Positions 9,268 through 18,303 of a stretch of DNA of 50,558 nucleotides are shown piece after piece (the first letter of the stretch is position 1; each line of letters starts with the position of its first letter). Under the pieces are notes generated by a model, which was given only the letters and a program-made list of their open reading frames with translations, did not search any database and was not told the origin of the DNA. The position numbers and the translations under genes are program-made. The stretch lies in contig JBHGAX010000001.1 in the NCBI GenBank assembly GCA_041946635.1, forward strand, positions 1-50,558, in the 5' to 3' direction. The stretch comes from Candidatus Methylomirabilales bacterium (lineage in GTDB: Bacteria; Methylomirabilota; Methylomirabilia; Methylomirabilales; 2-02-FULL-66-22).

Positions 9268-10868
9268 GCGCGCCCTCCGCACCCGCCGCGCTGAAGGTGC
9301 TGGTCACGGACAACCTGTCCCCCCGCGGCGTCGAACTGCTGCGCCAGGCCCCCGGGTTCCTGGTGGACGTGCAGAAGACCCTCGCCCCGGACGCCTTGCA
9401 GGAGCGCCTGCGGGACGCCGACGCCCTGATCGTCCGGAGCGCCACGCAGGTCACGGCCGAGCTGCTGGCCGCCGCCCCGCGGCTGAAGGTGGTGGGGCGC
9501 GCGGGGGTGGGCGTGGACAACGTGGACCTGGAGGCGGCCACGGCGCGCGGGGTGGTGGTCATGAACACCCCGGGCGGCAACGCCGTGAGCGCGGCCGAGC
9601 ACACGATCGCCATGCTGCTGAGCCTGGCCAAGCACATCCCCCAGGCCACCGCCTCCATGAAGGCGGGGCGCTGGGAGAAGAGCAAGTTCCGCTCGGTGGA
9701 GCTGGCCGGCAAGGTCCTGGGCGTGGTGGGCCTGGGCCGCATCGGGGGCGAGGTCGCCCGCCGCGCGCGGGGCCTGGACATGCAGGTCCTGGTCTACGAC
9801 CCCTTCGTGAACCAGGAGCGGGCCCAGCAGCTGGGGGCGGAGCTGGTGGAGCTGCACGACCTCTTTGCCCGCGCGGATTTCATCACGCTGCACACGCCGC
9901 ACACGGAGGAGACGAGGGACCTCGTCTGCGCGAAGACCATCGCCCAGATGAAGGACGGGGTCCGCATCGTGAACTGTGCGCGCGGCGGCATCGTGAACGA
10001 GGCCGATCTCTGCGAGGCGCTGGCGCGGGGCAAGGTGGCGGGCGCCGCCCTGGACGTCTTCGCCAGGGAGCCGATCACGGACAGCCCGCTCTTCGCGCTG
10101 CCCAACTTCATCTCCACGCCGCACCTGGGCGCCGCCAGCGAGGAGGCCCAGGAGGCGGTGGCGGTGGAGGTGGCGCAGCAGGTGATCGACTACCTGCTGC
10201 GCGGCCTGATCCGCAACGCCGTGAACGCCCCCTCCGTCCCGCCCGAGCTGTTCCGGGTGCTGCAGCCCTACCTCACCCTGGGCGAGAAGCTCGGGCTGCT
10301 GGCCGCCCAGCTGGCCGAGGGCCGACTCGTGGAGATCCGGCTGGCCTACCGCGGGGAGATCGCCGCCCTGGACTGCGCGCCGCTCACCGCCGCGACGGTC
10401 CGCGGCGTGCTGGCGCCCGCGCACGACGCGGTGAACCTGGTGAGCGCGCTGCCGCTGGCCCGGACCCGGGGCGTGCGGGTGGCCGAGACGCGCTCCACCG
10501 AGCCCACGGACTTCGCCAGCCTGATCACGGTGGCCCTGATCACGGACAAGGGGGCCATGGAGGTGGCCGGCACGGTCTTCAGCCGGCAGGACCCGCGGGT
10601 GGTCGCCATCGACGGCTTCCGCCTGGAAGCCGTGCTGGAGGGGCTGCTCCTGGTCTTCTCGAACTTCGACGTCCCCGGCGTGATCGGGCGCATCGGCACC
10701 ATGCTGGGGCAGCACGGCATCAACATCGCCGGGATGCAGCTCGGCCGGGAGAAGCGGGGCGGCCGGGCCGTCTCCATCGTGAACGTGGATGACACGATCC
10801 CGCCCGACGTGCTGCGCGAGATCCGGGCGATCAAGGACATCGTGTACGCGAAGCTGGTGAGCGTGTGA
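9264..10868 (+). CDS. serA: D-3-phosphoglycerate dehydrogenase (long form with ACT domain)
   Basis: Rossmann motif GVVGLGRIGGEVARR, STPHLGA, and C-terminal ASB/ACT-like domains. The ATG overlaps the upstream stop (ATGA at 9264-9267). Confidence 0.92.
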   Translation: MSAPSAPAALKVLVTDNLSPRGVELLRQAPGFLVDVQKTLAPDALQERLRDADALIVRSATQVTAELLAAAPRLKVVGRAGVGVDNVDLEAATARGVVVMNTPGGNAVSAAEHTIAMLLSLAKHIPQATASMKAGRWEKSKFRSVELAGKVLGVVGLGRIGGEVARRARGLDMQVLVYDPFVNQERAQQLGAELVELHDLFARADFITLHTPHTEETRDLVCAKTIAQMKDGVRIVNCARGGIVNEADLCEALARGKVAGAALDVFAREPITDSPLFALPNFISTPHLGAASEEAQEAVAVEVAQQVIDYLLRGLIRNAVNAPSVPPELFRVLQPYLTLGEKLGLLAAQLAEGRLVEIRLAYRGEIAALDCAPLTAATVRGVLAPAHDAVNLVSALPLARTRGVRVAETRSTEPTDFASLITVALITDKGAMEVAGTVFSRQDPRVVAIDGFRLEAVLEGLLLVFSNFDVPGVIGRIGTMLGQHGINIAGMQLGREKRGGRAVSIVNVDDTIPPDVLREIRAIKDIVYAKLVSV

Positions 10869-10878
10869 GACGAGCCCT

Positions 10879-10960
10879 GACGCGTAACACGTAACTGAGA
10901 ACCACCGGCTGCGAACTGTTGTTGTGTTACGAGTTACGCGTTACGCGTTACGCGAGTTTT
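10879..10960. repeat. Heptad-repeat hairpin after serA (terminator-like)
   Basis: The left arm is gacgcgtaacacgtaac (10879-10895). The right arm is gtgttacgagttacgcgttacgcgttacgcg (10924-10954), followed by agtttt. Same GTTACGN family as 3135-3837 and 33933-33988. Confidence 0.75.
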
Positions 10961-10992
10961 CGCACGGAAGCTGGTCAGGGGCCCGAGACGCA

Positions 10993-12282
10993 ATGCTGCC
11001 ACGCACCGCGATTCCGAAAGGTGTGCGCGTGTTCACGCCGGTCGAGACGGCGCGACGCCGGGCGGTGGAGCGCACCCTGCTCTCGGTCTTCGAGCGCTGG
11101 GGCTTCCGCGAGATCATCACGCCCGCCTTCGAGTACCTGGAGGTCTTCGAGCGCCCGACGGTGGAGGAGGCGGACGACCAGATCTTCAAGTTCGTGGACC
11201 GGCAGACGGGCCGGCTCCTGGCGCTCCGGGTGGACTTCACGCCCCAGGTGGCCCGCCTGGTGGCCACCACGCTCCGCCACGCGCCGCTGCCGCTGCGCCT
11301 GGCCTACGCCGGCCACGTCTTTCGGTACCACGAGCCGCGCGCCGGACGGCAGCGCGAGTTCGGCCAGGTGGGGGTGGAGCTCATCGGGCTCGAGCTGGCC
11401 GAGGCGGACGCCGAGATGATCGCCATGACCGTCGAGGGCTGCCGGGCCGTGGGCCTGCAGGCCTTCCAGATCGACGTGGGGCAGGCGGAGGTGCTGCGCG
11501 GCCTCCTCAACGCCCTGCAGCCCCCGCCGGCCCTGCGCCCGCAGATCCTGTCCGCCCTCCGCCGCAAGGATCCGCTGGAGCTGGAGGCCCTGGTGAAGGA
11601 GCTGCCCGCCACGCCGGCGCTGCTGGATGCCCTGCTGGCCCTCCCGCGGCTGTACGGCGGGCGGGAGATCCTGGACGACGCCGATCGCCTGGGCTTCCCC
11701 CCCGCCTCCCGCGCGGCCATCGGCAACCTGCGCGAGATCGTGACCATCCTGGAGAACTACGGCCTGGCCGAGCACGTGATCCTGGACCTGGCCGAGACCC
11801 ACGCCTTCGAGTACTGCACCGGCGCGGTGTTCGGCGCATTCGCGCGCGGGCTGGGGTACCAGCTGAGCGGCGGCGGCCGCTACGACCAGCTCCTCGGGCA
11901 GTTCGGCTTCCCCTGTCCGGCCACGGGCTTCAGCGTGGACCTCGAGCGCGTGATGGCGGCGCTGGAGGCCACGCAGGCGCTCCCGCCCGTCCCGGGGCCG
12001 GACGTGCTGCTCATCGACTTCAACCCCGACAAGCGCGTGGCGCACCGGCTGGCGCGCCTGCTGCGCGAGCGCGGCGTGTCGGTGGCCCGGGACATCATCC
12101 GCCGGCCGCTCGCCGACTCGCTGGCCTACGCGCGCACGTCGGCCATCCGCTGGGCGATCGTGCTCGGCTCGCAGGAGCAGCCGCCGGACACGGTGCTCGT
12201 GCAGGACGTGTCCACCGGGGAGCGGCGACTGGTCCCCGCGGGCGAGGCGGAAGAGCGGATCGTGGCTGGAACGCTGCCGTAG
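10993..12282 (+). CDS. hisZ: ATP phosphoribosyltransferase regulatory subunit (HisRS paralogue)
   Basis: HisRS-like core with the HisZ-type LRVDFTPQVARL (not LRPEGTA), FRYHEPRAGRQREFGQ and GGGRYDQLL. The start is taken at ATG 10993 (MLPRTAIPKGV). The hisZ-purA pairing is common. Confidence 0.8.
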   Translation: MLPRTAIPKGVRVFTPVETARRRAVERTLLSVFERWGFREIITPAFEYLEVFERPTVEEADDQIFKFVDRQTGRLLALRVDFTPQVARLVATTLRHAPLPLRLAYAGHVFRYHEPRAGRQREFGQVGVELIGLELAEADAEMIAMTVEGCRAVGLQAFQIDVGQAEVLRGLLNALQPPPALRPQILSALRRKDPLELEALVKELPATPALLDALLALPRLYGGREILDDADRLGFPPASRAAIGNLREIVTILENYGLAEHVILDLAETHAFEYCTGAVFGAFARGLGYQLSGGGRYDQLLGQFGFPCPATGFSVDLERVMAALEATQALPPVPGPDVLLIDFNPDKRVAHRLARLLRERGVSVARDIIRRPLADSLAYARTSAIRWAIVLGSQEQPPDTVLVQDVSTGERRLVPAGEAEERIVAGTLP

Positions 12283-12381
12283 CGGCCCGGGAGAAGACGA
12301 ACGTTCCCGCTCTTGCCGGGCTAGAGTGCGCGGCGGAGCGGAGGCATCCGGGGGCTTGGGGCGCTGAAAACGAGAGGGGCC

Positions 12382-13686
<1,305 letters not shown>

Positions 13687-13756
13687 GCCGCCCGGTTGAC
13701 GACACCCGCGCGGACCGGATCATCGGTAGCCAGGGCCGAGCGGCCCCAGTCCCCGC

Positions 13757-13785
13757 TTGACTCCACCCCTGCAACCCTGCACAAT
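13757..13785 (+). promoter_or_regulatory. Candidate promoter for tRNA-Lys
   Basis: TTGACT (13757-13762), a 17-nt spacer, then CACAAT (13780-13785), about 11 nt before the mature 5' end. Confidence 0.5.
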
Positions 13786-13796
13786 CCCCGCATCCG

Positions 13797-13872
13797 GACC
13801 CGGTAGCTCAACTGGCAGAGCATCGGCCTTTTAAGCCGAGGGTTCAGGGTTCGATTCCCTGCCGGGTCACCA
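13797..13872 (+). tRNA. tRNA-Lys (anticodon UUU)
   Basis: A 76-nt cloverleaf folded by hand: acceptor GACCCGG/CCGGGTC, D stem GCTC/GAGC, anticodon stem TCGGC/GCCGA with loop CTTTTAA, T arm CAGGG-TTCGATT-CCCTG, discriminator A and an encoded CCA. Confidence 0.93.
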
Positions 13873-13954
13873 TTTCTTCCCGGCAGTTTCACCCGGAGTC
13901 AGGCGCGCCGCGGCCGACCGTATGTGCGATGCCCGTCCACGTGTTTCCACCCGC

Positions 13955-13983
13955 TTGAATCTTTCCGTCCCGGATGGTATAAG
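13955..13983 (+). promoter_or_regulatory. Candidate sigma-70 promoter for the 14001-14820 two-gene module
   Basis: TTGAAT (13955-13960), a 17-nt spacer, then TATAAG (13978-13983). GGAG lies 6 nt before ATG 14001. Confidence 0.5.
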
Positions 13984-14000
13984 ACCTTCTGGAGTTCACC

Positions 14001-14207
14001 ATGGAACAAGACGGTATCCTCCAATTGAGTCGAGACGAAATCGTGGGTCGCCTTGAGCGTGGCGCTCGGCGCCGACTGCGTATGTCTGCCCGCGAACTCG
14101 TCGAAGCCTACCGCGCGGGGCGCCTGGAAGACCCGGGTGCAGTGGCGGATCTTCTCGCTCTCGCCAGTCTCCTCGTCGAGGCCGACCCCCTCTTTGTCCC
14201 TGCCTGA
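14001..14207 (+). CDS. Hypothetical 68-aa protein (helical, acidic C-terminus; antitoxin-like size and position)
   Basis: It has a good promoter and SD, and the composition looks like real protein (MEQDGILQLSRDEIVGRLERG...). I recognise no family. Confidence 0.55.
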   Translation: MEQDGILQLSRDEIVGRLERGARRRLRMSARELVEAYRAGRLEDPGAVADLLALASLLVEADPLFVPA

Positions 14208-14820
14208 GCGCACAGCGCGCCTCGCTGAAGCTCGCCGACTGACGGCCGCGTACCAAGCCGGGGGTCCCGCCGCAGCTCAGGCCTTTCGAGACCTGACTGG
14301 CCTCCTGCTGCGCCTGACTGTTCTCGCCCCCGAAGGTGGCGTGCGTTTCTCTTCCGGCCCTCGTGGGACCACCGATCTCGTGCTGGGTGGCTGGGCCGGT
14401 CCCGACGATCCCTTGCCACTTCGGGATGGCCGCTATCTTCGGCTGACGGTGCGGCTTTACGTCGCACCTGCTGCCGAACGCAACCGCCTAAAGGTGGCGC
14501 ACTCGAGCTACCAGTACCAACTCGACCGGGATGGGGATCACTGGGTGTTCCGATACGACTACCTGCGGATTCCGCCCGATCTGAACCCAGCGGCCCACGT
14601 GCAGGTTAACGGCAGCCTGACCGAAAACTGCCTGCCGCCCGCCAGACCACTCTCGCGGGTCCACTTCCCGACCGCGCGGGTATCCTTGGAGGCCGTTATA
14701 CGTCTCCTCGCCGATCAGTTCGGCACGCCGTGTGGCACCGAGCCCGAGGTATGGCGTCCGGTGCTCAGCGAGACGGAACAGGCATTCCTTCAAATCGCCC
14801 ACCATCCCCCTGGGGCTTGA
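14194..14820 (+). CDS. Hypothetical protein of about 208 aa; start uncertain (TTG 14194 or CTG 14200, overlapping the upstream stop)
   Basis: The frame of ORF 14053-14820 only looks protein-like after about 14200. The core SSYQYQLDRDGDHWVFRYDYLRIPPDLNPAAHVQVNG is loosely reminiscent of DUF6516/TumE-type toxins (YxY...RYDN...HHKH), but this is not verifiable here. Confidence 0.45.
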   Translation: MSLPERTARLAEARRLTAAYQAGGPAAAQAFRDLTGLLLRLTVLAPEGGVRFSSGPRGTTDLVLGGWAGPDDPLPLRDGRYLRLTVRLYVAPAAERNRLKVAHSSYQYQLDRDGDHWVFRYDYLRIPPDLNPAAHVQVNGSLTENCLPPARPLSRVHFPTARVSLEAVIRLLADQFGTPCGTEPEVWRPVLSETEQAFLQIAHHPPGA

Positions 14821-15028
14821 CCAACGGAGCCCCAGCCAGTTTTTCCATCGCAGCCCGCATGTGGTCCGGCGACAGGTGGGCGTACCGCTGGACCATGATT
14901 GCCGTCTTCCACCCGCCAGCCCGCTGGACCGTGTAGAGGTCCACGCCTGCCATTGCGAGCCGAGAGGCGAAGGTATGCCGGTTGTGCCGCGCGCGGCACA
15001 ACCGCCATCGTGCCGCGTCCCTGATCAT
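14765..15028 (-). pseudogene. Tyrosine-recombinase (phage-type integrase) C-terminal fragment
   Basis: It encodes only the catalytic tail HNRHTFASRLAMAGVDLYTVQRAGGWKTAIMVQRYAHLSPDH (HxxR ... W ... Y). No N-terminal or core-binding part lies upstream. Confidence 0.7.
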
Positions 15029-15162
15029 GCCGACTGTTTCCGATTAGGTTCGTTGTGCCCCACGTTTGGCGCAGCTCTGCACTCTTTGCTCCCCACTTGA
15101 AGTTGGCATAATCCGGAGGTCTCCTCGGGCCCTGGCAATGGCGCCAGGAAAGGAGGAGACCG

Positions 15163-16404
15163 ATGCCGGACGATGCGTTCGACCGCCTGCTCACCGACCC
15201 CCGCGTGCGAGACAACCCGCTGAGCACGCACCTCGCGTCGTTTGCGAGTTCACTGCAAGAGGCGGGCTACGCCCAGGCGACCGTGAAGGCGAAGCTCGGG
15301 CTGCTGGCCGAGTTCGGGCACTGGCTGGGCCGCCGCAGGGGCGCGGTCCGGGACCTCGAGGAGCGACGCGTCGCGCGGTTCGTCACGCACCGCGAGCGCA
15401 AGGGGCACCTCCACCGCGGGGCCCGAGAAACGCTCCGGCAGTTCCTGGATCATCTCCGCACGCGGGCCGTCATTCCCGGTCCGCCGCCGGTGCGGGACGC
15501 GGCGCCGTGGGCCACGCTGCTCGCGCGGTACGAAAGGCACCTGGGAACCGAGCGCGGGCTGGTCACGGCCACAGTCGTCAACTACCTGCCGTACATCCGC
15601 ACGTTTCTCGCTGAACGCTTCCGCGCGCGGCCGTTCCGGGTGCGTGCCGTGAACGCGGCCGACCTGGCCGGGTTCGTCCTGCGGCACGCTCCCGCCATGA
15701 GCCCCCGCCGCGCGCAGCTGATGACAACCGCTCTGCGCTCGTTCCTCCGGTTCCTGTTTCGCGAGGGCGCCCTGCCCACCAACTTGGCGGAGGCCGTGCC
15801 CACGGTCGCCGACTGGCGTCTGTCGACCATCCCCAAGTACCTGCGCCCGGAGGAAGTCGCCCGGGTGCTGGAAAGTTGCGACCGGTACACCGCGACCGGC
15901 CGCCGCGACCACGCGATCCTGCTCCTCCTCGCGCGCCTGGGCCTCCGGGCGGGGGAGGTGGTGGCCCTCCGGCTCGACGACCTCGACTGGCGCGCCGGCG
16001 AGCTCCTCGTGCGCGGGAAGGGCTCAGTCCATGACCGGCTGCCCTTGCCGGTGGAGGTCGGCGCGGCGCTCGCGGCCTACCTCCGGGATCGGCCCGGCTG
16101 CTCCACGCGACGGGTGCTCCTGCGCAGGAAGGCACCGCGCCGAGAGTTTGCGGGCCCCTCGACGGTGAGCACGATCGTGCGCCGTGCGCTGGAGCGGGCG
16201 GGGCTCCAGCCGGCGCTGAAGGGAGCCCACCTGCTGCGGCACAGTCTCGCGACCACGCTGCTGCGCGGGGGCGCCACCCTGGGAGAAATCGGTGAGGTGC
16301 TCCGCCATCGCCTACCCAGCACCACGGAACTGTACGCCAAGGTCGACGTCGCCGGTCTGCGGGCCCTGGCGCACCCCTGGCCGGAGGCGGGAGGTGGACA
16401 ATGA
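15163..16404 (+). CDS. Tyrosine recombinase, first gene of the trio (RitA-like), apparently intact
   Basis: A 413-aa ORF with AGGAGGAG SD. Catalytic residues are recognisable: ARLGLRAGEV (Arg), HLLRHSLAT (HxxR), LRHRLPSTTELYAKV (His...Tyr). Confidence 0.85.
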   Translation: MPDDAFDRLLTDPRVRDNPLSTHLASFASSLQEAGYAQATVKAKLGLLAEFGHWLGRRRGAVRDLEERRVARFVTHRERKGHLHRGARETLRQFLDHLRTRAVIPGPPPVRDAAPWATLLARYERHLGTERGLVTATVVNYLPYIRTFLAERFRARPFRVRAVNAADLAGFVLRHAPAMSPRRAQLMTTALRSFLRFLFREGALPTNLAEAVPTVADWRLSTIPKYLRPEEVARVLESCDRYTATGRRDHAILLLLARLGLRAGEVVALRLDDLDWRAGELLVRGKGSVHDRLPLPVEVGAALAAYLRDRPGCSTRRVLLRRKAPRREFAGPSTVSTIVRRALERAGLQPALKGAHLLRHSLATTLLRGGATLGEIGEVLRHRLPSTTELYAKVDVAGLRALAHPWPEAGGGQ

Positions 16405-17341
16405 ACCCCCTGGAGCGGGCCTTGGCCGACTACCTGGCGACCCGCCGCGCGCTCGGGTTTACGTTGCGGGAGACGAGTGGCTGCTTGCGCAATTTTGTTG
16501 CTTTCCTCCAGACCGCCGGCGCTGCCCACATCACGACGGACTTGGCGCTGCGCTGGGCGACCCAGCCCGCCACCGCGCAGCCGGCCACCTGGACGTGGCG
16601 GTTAAGCATGGTCCGGGGCTTCGCCCGCTGGCAGAGCGCGCGGGACCCGCGGACCGAGGTCCCGCCGGCCGGGCTCCTGCCCCACCGGTACCACCGCAAG
16701 CCTCCCTACTTCTACAGCGACCGGGAGATCGCGCGGCTCTTGCACCGCGCCGCCCAGCTGCCCTCGCCCCGCGGGCTCCGCGCGCACACGTACGCCACGC
16801 TGTTCGGGCTGCTCACGGTGACGGGCATGCGCGTCAGCGAAGCCCTCGGCCTGGACCGGGCCGAGGTGGATCTCGCGAACGCCATCCTGACCATCCGGCG
16901 CACGAAGTTCGGCAAGTCGCGGGTGGTCCCGCTGCATCCGTCGACGGGCGCCGCGCTCCAGGCCTACGCCGACCGGCGCGACCACGTCGTGCCGGCGCCA
17001 TTGAGCCCGCCTTCTTCCTCGCGGAGCGCGGCACCCGGGTGACGGAGTGGATGGCGCGCTACACCTTCGCCAAGCTCTCGCAAGCCCTCGGGCTCCGCGC
17101 GCGCGCGACCGGCCACGGCCGCGGGCCTCGGCTGCATGACCTACGACACCGATTCGCCGCCCGCACGCTGCTCGAGTGGTACCAGGCGGGCCACGCCGTG
17201 GACCGCGAGCTCCCCAAGCTGGCCACCTACCTCGGACACGTCCACATCAATGACACCTACTGGTACCTGGACGCCGTACCGGAACTGCTCCAACTGGCCA
17301 CCGCGCGGCTGCTGGAGCCGGGCAAGGAGGTGCGCCCGTGA
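16401..17341 (+). pseudogene. Tyrosine recombinase, second gene of the trio (RitB-like), frameshifted
   Basis: The N-terminal 200 aa are in the frame of ORF 16401-17042. The catalytic C-terminus (HDLRHRFAARTL ... LGHVHINDTYWY) continues in the frame of ORF 16292-17341. The frame switch is near 16985-17005. Confidence 0.75.
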
Positions 17342-17595
17342 AGACGGCCGACTTCCCCGCGCTCCTCCAAGCCTTCTTTACCGATCGCCTGGTGCGGCAA
17401 CGCTGCGCCAGCCCCCATACCATCGCGGGGTACCGCGATAGCTTCCGGCTCCTGTTGCGGTTCGCCCAGCGCCGGCTGGGCAAGGCGCCCTCCACCCTCG
17501 CCCTCGCCGATCTCACGGTGGCCTTGGTGGGGGAGTTCCTCGACGATCTCGAGCGTCGCCGGAAGAATAGCATCGTGACCGTCGCCCGGCTCTGA
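17338..17595 (+). pseudogene. Tyrosine recombinase, third gene of the trio (RitC-like), 3'-truncated
   Basis: Only the N-terminal SAM-like/core-binding start remains (FFTDRLVRQRCASPHTIAGYRDSFRLLLRFAQ). It stops after 85 codons and has no catalytic domain. Confidence 0.7.
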
Positions 17596-17675
17596 CGCCG
17601 AGCGTTCGGCGTTCCGCGCATCACCGCGCTCGCACTCGCTCCCTGCCATGAACCCGCCGGTCCCTGGACGGCGCC

Positions 17676-18252
17676 ATGCCCAGCGCGTATGAGGTCCTCG
17701 GTGTCCCGCGTGACCTGGCACCCGATGAGCTGCGGCGGGCGTACCGCGAGCTGGTGCGCGTCTGGCACCCGGACCGGTTTCAGGGCGAGCCGCGGCTGCA
17801 GGCCGAGGCCAGCGCCGCCGCTTCCGGGCCTCGCGGAGCGCCCGGCGAACGGCGCGGAGCTGGCACCGACCTGGCAGCCGACCGGGCGGGGCGAGCTCAC
17901 CATCGCCAACGACAGCCCCTACGATGCCGAGGTGAAGCTCGTCATGGCGGGCGGCGGGCGCGAGCTGTGCCGCCACGTCTTCGTCCGCGCCCGAAGCCAG
18001 CACACCGTGCGGGGCGTCCCGCCCGGCTCCTACGACGTGCTGTTCCGGGCCGGCGAGGACTGGGGGCCGGCCGGCCGCGGGTTCAGCCGCGTGCGCGCGG
18101 TCGCACGGCTGGACCGGCCGCTCCGCTGGGAGGAAGTGGAGACCGCCACGGAGGTGCGCTCCCAGAAGCGCCGGGTCTCGCTGCAGGTCACGCCGTCCCC
18201 GGACTCGGGGTTGAGCCCGCTGGCAGACGACGAGTTCGGTCGGATCCCGTAG
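17676..18252 (+). pseudogene. J-domain protein with an apparent frameshift
   Basis: Frame 1 reads YEVLGVPRDLAPDELRRAYRELVRVWHPDRF (J-domain with HPD) and then degenerates. Sensible sequence (ELTIANDSPYDAEVKLVMAGGGRELCRHVF...) continues in the frame of ORF 17689-18252. The switch is near 17800-17835. Confidence 0.4.
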
Positions 18253-18303
18253 CCCCTCCGCCTCTTCCACACCACCCGGCCGCATTTCGCCATCGCGCCG
18301 GCC

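Larger units (their letters stand above)
15163..17595 (+). mobile_element. Degenerate recombinase-in-trio (RIT) element
   Basis: Three tandem tyrosine-recombinase genes with 4-nt overlaps (ATGA at 16401-16404, GTGA at 17338-17341). The first is intact, the second frameshifted and the third truncated after 85 codons. Confidence 0.7.

Noticed and set aside
17596-18303. Search for a direct repeat of the tRNA-Lys 3' end (attR) to delimit the island
   Set aside because: Only an 8-nt match (tccctgcc, near 17648-17655) was seen. That is too short to call, so the island boundary is left undefined.
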